This document shows, in pieces, positions 1 to 11,512 of a stretch of 64,000 bases of DNA (positions are counted from its first letter, which is position 1; each line of letters starts with the position of its first letter). The stretch covers positions 10,767,995 to 10,831,994 of the forward strand of contig CM082585.2 in NCBI GenBank assembly GCA_040954595.2, written 5' to 3'. The position numbers and the translations under genes were made by a program. The notes beneath the pieces are model-generated. The model had not been told where the DNA came from. It saw only the letters and a program-made list of their open reading frames with translations, and did not search any database. This DNA is from Balanoglossus misakiensis. Taxonomy: Eukaryota > Animalia > Hemichordata.

Positions 1-1092
1 AACACGAAGAATAAGGCAGGCTATATGCATTGTACAGAAACACCGTCACAATTCGTATTGGAATTGCGAAGGATCATAGACGTTAGCACTGCATCACAGT
101 TGCCATGGGACACGCATGCGTGGACGTGACGCGTAATGGGAAATTTATTGGATTAGATGACTTAATTTTTTTACCATTTACAGAGAAAGCATGTCAATAC
201 CACCATATTGCACGGCAGATGTCGTTTGCGCATGCTTTGCTATCCTGAACTCCAAGAAATTATTTAAGAGAAAATACAGCGCAACTGAGCGATGGGAAAA
301 TTATATAGATGAATCCATCATATTTGATTGAGGGTTCCCATACCCTCATATTTATCATTCCGTTTCAATGCATCCCTTGTCTCCGGTGTGAACGTGCGAT
401 GTCCTCATTTTCGACAGAGAATAGACTACAGCGCTGTCGGGCAACAGAAAAAAGCCCAGCATATAGATAGGGCGACAATCTGCGGGTATGAGAAAGAACG
501 TACCCGTACATTAATATCTGCTTAATTAACTGAGCACAAAGTCTGGAAGATCGATCTTGTATATTTCCTTCGCTTTTTATTTTGTCTGCCTTTGTAACCG
601 TCCGACCTGCCACGCTTTTTCATTTGTTTTAAAGGTTTTCCTTAACGTCTCCCTACTTGCTCGTTAGATAAAAAACAAATCTTCAAAGCGAAAACTAAAT
701 TAAAGAACAAAGTGTAAAGAACTAACACACACATGCGCACGCACGCACGCACACAAACACACACACAACTTACAATATCACTAATCAACACTCATTGCAA
801 GTATACTGCGTTCTTTATTGAGCAGAACTGTGAATTAGACTAATTAGAATTTGCGATCAGTTTTCACAAATGTATTCCAAGTCTGCAAGTTAAAATAAAC
901 AGAAAAAGTTACACTTTATACGAAGAAATAATAAATACACAAAACACTAATCATTTTCCGATTTCGCATTAAAAAAAACCGCCCAGAAAACACATATGAA
1001 CTTCTGTTTTTTATTAGTGTATACGATGAGGCGCGCGTGTGCCCGTTCTAACAGGCATCGTCGTACGCGCGTGTGTGCGCCCCAGTCCCTAA

Positions 1093-2820
1093 TTAGCATT
1101 TTTCACCTTGGGGATAGAGAGGCCCTGTCTTACCATTTAGATTTGACATCGGTGTCACAAAACATGGTTTAAACAGCGATCTAAGAAGTGCCACATTGTG
1201 AGAATTTTCGCTCCAATTAAAGTAACGAGAAAACGAGATGCACGGAACAGTGGATTTGAATGAGCCGGTTAAGGACAAAACAATCGGGAATCGACGAACG
1301 AAAGATGTTTAGGACTCGTATGGGGACAGGTGGCAATGCCGTCAGTCGCGCGCACAAGGGCCGAGTCGTTCAGCTTGCTGGGGGTGTCAATAGTCCTCCC
1401 CGGTCAAGGTTGCATGCACGGAACAAAAGACTTTGTTAAAGTCAACCTTTTAGGTGGCCGCACCTCATCCAAAACCCAGTGTAGGTTATTATTTTCAAGT
1501 TCATGATGAAATGTGCGATTCAGGTCTTCGTAAATCATGAATTGTGACAGCACCATAAAGCCATTGAGCGACATTGATAAAGTAAAACTCAGCGTGAGGG
1601 GCACCCCACCGCCACCACGTAATTCAGTAAGGGTTTATGTCGAGAAGAACAATTAGTCAAAGACTTGAGTGGCCCTATTTATAAAAAAACGGTTAATACT
1701 GAAAATTGTAAAACGAGATCAGATACTAGAAATCCAAGGTGACCTTACCGTACTTAAATTAACTTTTAATTGACATCCATATATCTTGATGTCGCGACAC
1801 GTGTTGAAAATCTGTTGCCAAAAGTTATCATTAGATTATCACAAGCCAGTATGTACGTTGTTTCTGAAAAAGTTTTGTGGCAAGGACGGAGAGCACATAG
1901 AGTCGGCACGAGGCTCGGGACAATCTGATGTGGGCCTATTGAACAGTTTTGCTATTCTCGCGTCACAACTGCATTTGGCGATGAATTCCAAAGCTTTTAG
2001 ACCTACCAGACATCCGCAGATTGAAGTCTCCATGACGACAATCACTCGCGTCCGAATATTTCAAGTTTAAGGTCATTATTGAAACTACAGATAAACAAAG
2101 TCCGGTTCGACGTAAACTGATTGATGAAGTCAGAAAACTTGCTGGATCCAAATTTGTTTACCGAAGCGTGGCCAATCAATAAAGGCGTCTTTCATTTTCA
2201 GAAAGATAAATGACCCAATTGAATTAGAACTTCCATTTTGTTCGTGAAAGTGGTTGTGTCTGCAAACAATGCTGCGCACGTTCAACTTGCATTAATTTTT
2301 ATAGTCTCTCCCCCTTTTTATTGAAGATTGATATTTCGCATTGGATATTGGGGTTAACATTTCTGATTATTCTCTGCAATCGATCAAAGGTGACAGGTTT
2401 AATTGCAATCAGTACACCATGCCCATTCTTCCATCGATTGTTTCTAACAATACAGCGCAGTGGATTTGACTCAATAAACACTTCCCCGGAAAACAAAAAC
2501 TCGAGGTCAGCACCTGTGATCGACACACTTGCCCCTTGCGTTGTTTCTGAGAAGACATCGATTATTTTCGCGATAGTAGTTCATTCTTTTCCAATGAAAT
2601 GTTCGTCGGGTAATAAATTAATGCGTTCTATGCTACTCTAATAAAACCCAGTGGACAGCGGTACCTCTGATTCATTCAAAGTCTGTGGTTTAATCGAAAG
2701 CGCACATGGCACAACAAAGACGAAAGAAATCGAGATGCCATTGAGTGATGGCGCTGTCTGGTGCTCCGGCTATTCAAATGACTGTACTTCAATAACTGCA
2801 AATTGTGAAACTTCTCAAAC
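1093..2820 (-). pseudogene. Possible highly degraded Toll-like receptor (LRR/LRRCT/TM/TIR) remnant
   Basis: Minus-strand fragments with stops and frameshifts occur in TLR order: LRR-like pieces (LIAIKPVTFDRLQRI), an LRRCT-like Cys motif (FIAKCSCDARIAKLF...DCPEP), a hydrophobic stretch near 1670-1740, and TIR-like pieces (HWVLDEVRP...FVPCMQP*PGRTI; RYFNWSENSHNVALLRSLF). Judged by eye only, so weak. Confidence 0.3.
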
Positions 2821-3216
2821 CAAATACATAACAGGTTCTTAGAGGGGGGGGGGGGGGGAGAGAAATCCGTATAACACTTCAGTCACCAGTGTGTCACAGT
2901 CATCACTCAAAATAAGTTCCATCTAAGAGTTTATTTCAGAGCTAATCTGTTACAAAAATGTAAAGACAGACTGTATGGTCATGATAATCTTGAAGTCCTA
3001 ACAACAGCATGATGATCACATGATTTTTTCAATAAATCTTTTGCATATTTAATCACAGCTGATGTAAATATAATTTTGAGGTGGACAATTATTTCACAGT
3101 TCTCCGAATGTGTGTACATAGAAACTACCTATACTTTGTGAAATAATTCACGACCTCAGTTGCTGCACCACACAGAATTTGTTGTCTGACTAACATAGTC
3201 AGATGTCTGTTGTAGT

Positions 3217-5745
3217 TTATGCCTTCAGGTATTTGGCATGGTGTTTGATGTGATCATCGACATACGTGGCCATGAAGTAGTAGCTGTGGTCGTAGCCCTG
3301 TTGAGATACAAATAGACACATTTCGGTAACATGCACATGCCATTATGATAAATCTTTCCATGTCATACCATCATGATTCACAAACAGCGTTTCTTACCTC
3401 TTGCATTCTCAGGACAACCGGGACTTTATTTTCCCGGCAAGCTGATACAAAATTGTCCGGCAAAAGTTGACCACCAGACAGGAAGTTGTCATCTTTACCC
3501 TGGGGAGACGATCAAAAATCACAAAAAAACTCACTCAATGGTTATGATGGAAACCTGAGGGCCTATGTTTATAAGGTAATTAATCTCAATGTAGAAATCT
3601 TTAGGAGAATCTCTGATTATAAAAGCAAACTTTGTTAATAATAGATCAAAGCAACACTTTGTAACATGTTTGTGGATGGTCTCAATGACTGAAAGCAGCT
3701 CATACCTGGTCGATTAAAATGTCAAGGATTGGACCATTATACTTGGACACCAAATGAGTGGAATCATATTCCTGTGAAGTGGGAAAGAAAAAAATAAGTT
3801 TTGTGAGTTCAGTATGCACCTCTTACATGGAGAACATAGGGTTGGGGTTGTCAATAAGGCTTAAAATACCAGTATGCAAACTGAAGATTTTGTTTAAGTG
3901 TGTGTGTGTGTGTGTGATGGGGAGGGATAGCTTACCTTCCATGCCTCTTGGTTTGAACCAAGGTAACCATTAAATGCTTTCTGACCCCATGGACAGGCTA
4001 CTGGGTTACAGATTGGTGCAAATGCTGATACACTCTGCAAAATTCAACGCAACCAGTGAATATCAAAATTTCCATTTTCTCATGTAACATGCTGATTGGA
4101 CACCTGGCATGTGGCAAACCAATCATGTCTGACTTGACATAGGGCAAACCAATCAAATCAATGTTTTCAATTACCTTGTACTTTCCTGGATTTTTTAAAG
4201 CACAAATTAGGGCACCATGTCCTCCCATGCTAGTGAGAAATAACAACAAAATATTTGATTGTTTTAATGCCCAATCTCTGATCCTGGCATCATATTAAAG
4301 TAATAAAAAAAAGACATGACCCCACAACGTGTCAATGGATCCCACGTAGCATTGATAATTATCAATAAATCATGACTATCAAATACAGACAGACCACGTA
4401 TCATGACAATTATGATGTGATATACAGTGGAAAGATGTGTGCATCTGTCAGCACCATAACAAATATAACAGGATGTGAGGTCATGCAGAGGTCAAAGAAA
4501 TGGCCGATGTGGATGAAGATATAACTGATCAAGGAGATAAAATTTCACCTTATGAGACTCTGAGAGTAACTTACCTATGTCCAAAGATGGATGCAGAGTC
4601 TGGCTTTGTAGGGAAGTTCTTGTTGATTATTTCTGGTAGCTGTTTTTGATAAAACAGTAGAAAGAAAACTATGATAAAATCTTGATTTTAATGAACAGGG
4701 CAGAGGAAAAGTGAAACATAAAGCCAGACTTTTTGTGGCATCATGGATGAGAGACTCAAGGAGATAAAAGATGAGAATATTTTACCTCTTTTGTCACATA
4801 GGAATACATTCTATAATTAGTCTTCCATTTCTTTTCTGTGGCATCCACATAGAATCCAGCACCACTGCCAAAATCATAACTTTCATCCTCCCCTTCAATA
4901 TTACATCCACCTACAAATAAAACATTCATGGGGTTTATACTATAATTTTTATGATAGCTTTAATTAGGTGACTATTCAGTAACATTATTGTACTTACGTG
5001 GGCTAGTATCTGGAGCTACAATAATGATGCCATGCTCTGCAGCTGCTCTTTGAGCTCCAGCCTTGGTTACAAAGTTTTGCTCCGTACAAGTCAAACCTGT
5101 AAGAAACAAATATTTTAAATCCAGAAACTAATTTTGCTCATAAGTAATACATCTAAACTAGTAATTAACCAATAAACACCTCTGATTTGTTTCCACACCA
5201 GATGAACCACTTTAATTTACATACCTGACAGCCAATAGAGCACAGGACACTTTCCAGTTTCTGCCTGAGGTGGCAAATAGATGCCAAATGTCATTTTACA
5301 CTTGCATTCAGCACTGGGATAGGAAGATAAAAAAGAATAACAATTAACAGGGTCAATTTATAAGGTACAAAAATATGAATTATCTTTAATATTGAAAACA
5401 TGGTACCATTGCTACGCGGACGAATCGTTTGTCTATTGGAGTTGAGTGACAAGTTTAAAGGTCCTTGAACTTTGACCTAGCTAAGGGGGCGTGGTCAGTT
5501 AATTCCTGTAGGCACGATGCCGCTGCAGTTGCTTGATAGAAAATGTTTAGAGGTGTTTACTGTTTACTAACATGCAGTAGCCACTAAGAACTTCATATGT
5601 ACCTCATCAGAACATGTGATCGGTAATGCATGAAATAAATAGCAGCTATTTTAGTAAGTTTGGGAAGTTCTCACCTTTCGTGGGTATATACCTTCTGTAA
5701 CCCACCGAACATTTTATTCGCTGAGACTTGCATTATGGCATCCAT
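3217..5745 (-). CDS. ESD: S-formylglutathione hydrolase (esterase D), 10 coding exons, 283 aa
   Basis: Exons 5675-5745, 5225-5313, 4998-5096, 4786-4910, 4575-4639, 4175-4229, 3936-4034, 3706-3771, 3398-3499 and 3217-3297 are all GT-AG with consistent phases (852 nt). Translation [20 protein letters not shown]...[12 protein letters not shown]...GAGFYVDAT...[12 protein letters not shown]...DQGKDDNFL...GYDHSYYF...HHAKYLKA matches ESD, with the GHSMG nucleophile and catalytic Asp/His. Confidence 0.97.
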
Positions 5746-6140
5746 CTTGCGAACTGAAATCGAAATTGTGAATTAGAAGGTTAAGCGACGGAGCTGATCA
5801 CAAAGATGCAAATGTTACACGTTCAAAAGGCCGAGTTCCGACGATCTTTGCAGAACGATAGAGATTCACGTGTACCTTGATGGAAGAGTCGACCGAACAA
5901 CATCGCTTTGATAGTCTGCCGCAAACAAAAGTAGTTCGTGATTTAAGGTGTAATCAAACCTTTAGCATAAAACGGAAAAATATTGACATAAAAATGTTTC
6001 TTGTAGTTTTGTATAAATATTTTAGAATTAAAAAGAGTAACTTTGCAAATATTTTATTGTTACCCGCTCCGATATAATAACAATGCGGATTAATATTAAG
6101 AGAGAAAGATTATGTGCTAAGCCAATGTCCAAGATGGCGG
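5746..6140. promoter_or_regulatory. Compact bidirectional promoter region between ESD and the permease-like gene
   Basis: Divergent ATGs are only ~380 bp apart (5745 minus; 6125/6134 plus). Both starts sit in a CAAGATGG context, and CCAAGATGGCGG at ~6129-6140 is a YY1-type motif. Confidence 0.6.
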
Positions 6141-9100
6141 ACGGTGAAGCGCTGTCTCGGCTTGTGGAGGATGATATCGCCAGTACCAGGGGAACGGGGA
6201 CAAAGTGTCGCGGGAAAGGATTGACACTGATTTATCTGCAATGCTGTAAGTATTATCCGAAATTAGAGAGCCTTTTTATGTATTGCTCTGAGGTAGAGAT
6301 CACCAAACCAAGCAAGTCGCTCAGAGATGGAGAAAGAATGAATGAATGAAGGATGGATTCACACTCTGTTGACAGCTCTCCCGATCAAATAAAAATATGA
6401 GGGTACTGCTTGTTGAATACATTTTTATCCATCAAGATGAGGAATAGAACGCAGACAGTGGGATAATATACAATTAAACCATGAATATTCGTCTTTTTCA
6501 ACCCTTCACAGTACCTTTTTCAAGTACCCTTGGTCTGTGCCACGCCCCCTTCCCACTGGTCTGTGCCACGCCCCTTCCCACTGGTCTGTGCCACGCCCCC
6601 TTCCCACTGGTCTGGGCCACGCCCCCTTTCCACTTCTTCCCGTCCGCTCCCCAAAACCTGTTTCCCCCTGACAGTTAAGTATTGTTTGTTTCAGATTTTG
6701 TCACCATTGCCACAATCTTGGGTACTGGAATTCTTGGTGAGTATATTAATCACATCTACTGTTCATCACTGATTAAATTTAATGTTTGTAATGCTGTATC
6801 AGAAACATAAACCAAAGAAGACACACTCTGATGTTCAAATTCTACTTATTCTATTTCGGTAGTAACTGAGCAATGTTATGTAGATAACCTGAACTTATTT
6901 CTTCTCCTTTCCAGGTTTACCTGTAACGCTGTCATCTTCAGGGCTGTATCCATTCCTGGTGTCTTTCGTAGTTGGCTATGTCATTCAGGTCAGTCAGGGT
7001 CACCTCAGAAATACAACAAGCCCATCTCCAGTTTTAACCCCTCTGTAGAAATATCATCATCCATTTTTTTTCTCACTGATTTGCCTTCCTAAGAAATGTG
7101 TGTTTTATCTCCTCTGATATTTTGCTTTTCTTTGTGTTTATTACAGGGTCTGTTGGTTTATTTTTTCACTGATCTTCTGCAGAGGGCCTATGCTGTACAG
7201 GCGGAGAAGGGAAAGGTGAGATGTTCTGTGCAATAGGAAAGTCACCATCTTGACCCCTGTATGACTTTACATCCAGTTTGGAAAATATTTAAAAGCATAA
7301 TTTATTATGCAAAAATTATTGTACAAGTGTACATGCATGTATAAAGCAGTTTTCAATACTTAATTCTTATTTTACACAAGTTCAAGTGGTTTAAAAATCA
7401 AGAGAGTGCACACAGATTGGCATGAGAAGTTATTTCTAGAGAATAAATTTTAATTCTAGACTTTTATGTTTGCAGCAGAATTGTTCAAAATTACACTTTT
7501 TTGTTGTCTGAATTTCTGTTTGTGTAGAACATTGAGCCGAGTTGCAGTACAGAGGAACAGGTAGAAACTACCACACAAGAACTACCACTACATGTCGTTT
7601 TTGTGTGTGTGTGTTGTCTTTGTGAGCTTCCCTTCATCTTCAAACCCAGTCAGATAGTTGTAGATCATAGATCAGTGCTACTGTGTATGTGTATTACAAT
7701 TTTCAGTAAAAAATGTTGTGCAGTTGATTAGTCAGATAGGCCACCATTCACTGTAACAGCATGTTTAAAAAACACATTTAGTAGTTTTTAGATGAGAATA
7801 AATATGGTCACTTGAATTTTTCATTAAAATTTCTTTTGAAATAGTATTGTAACTTCCTCTTTGATACTTTGGTTGATATTTCTGAATTGATTTGCACCCA
7901 GGCCCTTGGTACTGAACAAGAGAGCATCCCATTACAGCACGTTGAAGATGATGATGATGATGAGGATGAGGAGAATGAAGTGTTTAGTAGAGACAATGTG
8001 CAGAATGGTGGAAACAAAGTGGATTTTTCAGGTGATTAAAACACCACATCTTGGTCTTATTGTCCGAGATCCAGATATCTTTCTTTCACAGAATTGCTTT
8101 GTTGGGTCTCTTACTGTGCTGTAATCTTCAGTCCACTGTTGTGAAATGCACCAATCATATTGAAGATCACTAGAATAGAATTGGCCAATCACATTTCAGT
8201 TTACTATAACCGGCCAATCCTGTTGCAGATCCAATTAACCAATGATATGCAAGTACATAAAGCTAACAGCTCTGACTTGTACTTTCTCTACAGATGGCAT
8301 GCTGGCAGGACATGTTATTATTCCTAAAGGGGAGGAGATTCAGCATCCTAATTTGCATATGTTAGGAGCTCTTTTTCTTCCATGTTTCATCAGACAGTTA
8401 TTTGACGTGGTTATTTTCTTACACTTGTAAGTATGTGTTCTTTGTTGGTATTTTCTGTTGTGAAAGAAGGTGATGTTGTTATTGTTATTGTAAGCAAATA
8501 ATGCTGATCATTAGTCCAAACGAAGTGCAACACCTTTCAATATGACGTAAAAATTACTTGCTTTATGCTTGCAGAATTCTTGTCTTGCTGCATGTATTTC
8601 TTTTCCAAACAATTGTTCATGACACACTAATAATAAAATAATTCAATTTTCTATCGACAGCATTGCAATACTTATCAGTTATGCATTGGCTGGTAGTGAG
8701 GCATTTGCATCGATCATTCACACAGAGTAAGTATAAGTTTCCTTGTGAAAGTGAGAGACTTCATATCTTTGGACAGTATCTTGTTATTTTAATGTGGCAA
8801 ATTCTTTGTAAAGTTCGATCTGTAAGTAAATTATCCTGCTATCCATTACAGCTAAGATATACATCTTCTGTTTTATTGCAGTCATCTGTATGTGATTCCA
8901 GCATTTGTCTGGGTGCTAGCGTTTAGCATAGTCTTTGCTCAGTCTTGCATCCAGCCTGTGGTATCTCTACTAACGTTTATCAAGGGATCCTTACTTATTG
9001 CAACAGTAAGTGTTCTTGTAATTTGTTATTGGCTGAATACTATCTTTATCCCTCTGTAGTACTGACAGCAGAAAGCATGTTGTGACTTTTTGGTTTCTTG

Positions 9101-11512
9101 ATCTTTACAGGTGGCTGTCACATTCTTCATAGGCACTGAAATTGCCAACGATGTTGATAATGATTTCAGATATATTGGATCTCCTTTTCTGATGGGAACT
9201 GTGGCTCTCGGTAAATATGTTTCTGAAATGAAATAACTGTTTAGGTGATGACATCTACACTGTACAGTATCTGTCCATACAATAAAGAAATCACCTGGAA
9301 AAAAAATTCTGTCTGCTTTGGGAACTTGGCAACACCCCTGCTTACCATTGGTGTTTTCTCTTCCAGGTGGTGTAATAAATGTGATGCCAATGTTATTTGG
9401 AAAGATAGCCCCTGTGGAAACACAAGTATGTATTTACATACATTTATATAAAGTGAACATGTCAATGGTTCTCTATACAGCACCCATTTGCACAAGTTTG
9501 AGTTGTTAAATCTATGCTTATTATATTTTCTTAAATAGGTGAGGGGATTTTTCAGGTGTGTGTTCGCTGGACTAACTACATGTGTTATATTGAATGTGAT
9601 ATGGTAAGTGTGTTGTTGTTGTTTTTCTTTCTTGGTTCTTTTAACATGTGGTTCTATGTGTGAAGGGACTAGAAAAGGTGTTTGGTATAGACAGGTTTCC
9701 AGATTAGACAGGGTTCGGTTTGAACAGGTTTTTACTGTACTTGGATATAATCTTCCTTAGGTGTTGGGCAATACTTGATATAGTCCCCCAGCTTGACTGC
9801 CTGCCGGGCCTGATGGGAAGGCAGGTCCTTGACAACTCCTCTGTTGTCTCTACGGCAACACCCCAGCCAATAGCAACACACACAGCAGCCTCTGTCCAAT
9901 CTGTGGTGACGTCTTTGATGACAACAAAACAAACCACGACACAGGCATCATCTCAAGCACCAGTCTCCATGGCAACACTTCTACCCACATCCGCTGGTTC
10001 CATAATGAGATGTCTACAAAATATATCCTTACAAAGGTATGTTTTGATCAAGACAATTTCGACTGAACATTCTGTGAGTAAATATTGATGAATATTAATC
10101 ATTGAGACATTAAATTATTATAGGATGTAAACAATAGAGCAGTTTTCAGAAATTCATATCTGTGTTCTCCATTACAGTTCCAAAGATCAAGGGGAAATTT
10201 CAACCATACCGCTCATAAAAGTAAGTAGTGTATTTGATAACGTTAAGGGTTGCGGATAATTTAAACATATGCACAACAAACGAAGCTTATTGGGTATTTT
10301 TTCTTTGAACTGTTAAGTACCAATTTGTCTGAAAGAAATGTGTAAGATTTTTGAAAATCTTTTTCATTTTTTTCAGATTATAGAGACAGTGTATCCGCAA
10401 TTTAACTGGGTTGCTATTTTAGTCGAATTATTTATTATAATCAGCATAACTGTATCGTTTTTGACCATTGGGTCGGCACTTGTCCATACATGTAAGTATT
10501 ACTCTGAATGTTATGTAGTCTGATAAGATAATTCTTGATATTATGGCCATCTTTTGTGAGGAAATAGTGATAATAATTCACCCAATCTTGCACCCATGAC
10601 ATGATTCGTCCATCCTTATCTTCAGACAATAATCCCTTGTGTATCATTGCAGTGTCTGGGTGGCTAGATTCTCTATGGACACAGGATCACTTCATCAACT
10701 ATGCTGGGGTGCATGTGAAAAGTAAATGCGAATGCTGCTCTGGGAAATGGTAAGACATGAATCGAATAAACGAGAAAGATCAGCAAATCACCTGCATGAT
10801 TTTGTTCCATACAAAAGTTTCATCACCATCTCAGAGTTGGAAATAAGTGTCAATATGTTGGCTTTAGAGGCAATTGTTCCAATTATAGTGTTCTTTTCAT
10901 TTCAGTGTTTGCAGGTCTTTTCTATCACTAGCAGCGTTTGGAATCATATTTTCAGTTGCCATGCTGGACCCAAGGGTGAGTGCCTTGCAAGTTCGACCTC
11001 TGTGACTGTGTAATTATATATAATTTCTACACATGTTGACAGTGTGACATGTCATTGGTGATTTACTATTTACGACATTGAATCCGTTTTCATTTTCTTA
11101 TGTTTGCAGGGTTTTGTGACAATGCTAGATAAAGTAGCATCATTCGTACTTAATTTAGAGGCTGGATTTTTTATCTTTGTCATGATCAAAATGGCAAGAA
11201 GGAAAAAGTACAAGTAGGTTAATGATTATCTTTTTTTCCATTTTGACCTCCCCACTTCCTTGTGTATAGTTTCAGGACAACCACATGTTGTACATTTCTT
11301 CTACAACTGTGGAGACACTCTGTTGGTGCGTAATTAATTAAGGATTAACAAACTCTGCATTTCTTCACAGAGATTTAAAGGTCCCATGGCAGATGAACAG
11401 ATTCATCTACCCATTTCACTACCTAGTGTTCATCTACTTCACATTTGCGGTCATCTACGACATCTTTGTGACTACGTATGAAATCGTCATGAAGAAAGAA
11501 CTGAAGTTTTGA
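6125..11512 (+). CDS. Multi-pass amino acid permease-like transporter (APC fold; Trp/Tyr permease or Aa_trans-like), ~19 exons
   Basis: GT-AG exons join in frame: MSKMADGEALSRL...YFVTIATILGTGILGLPVTLSSSGLYPFLVSFVVGYVIQ (TM1 GxGxLxLP signature), an acidic loop (VEDDDDDEDEENE, 7902-8031), FIAILISYALAGSEAF, PFLMGTVALGGVINVMPM, a Ser/Thr-rich loop (9761-10036), further TM exons, and a last exon at ~11372-11512 ending ...VMKKELKF*. The start could be ATG 6125 or 6134. Confidence 0.85.
6531..6633 (+). repeat. Four tandem copies of a 25-26 bp unit TGGTCTGTGCCACGCCCCCTTCCCAC in intron 1 of the permease gene
   Basis: Read directly. Each copy contains CCACGCCCC, an Sp/KLF-type box. Confidence 0.9.
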
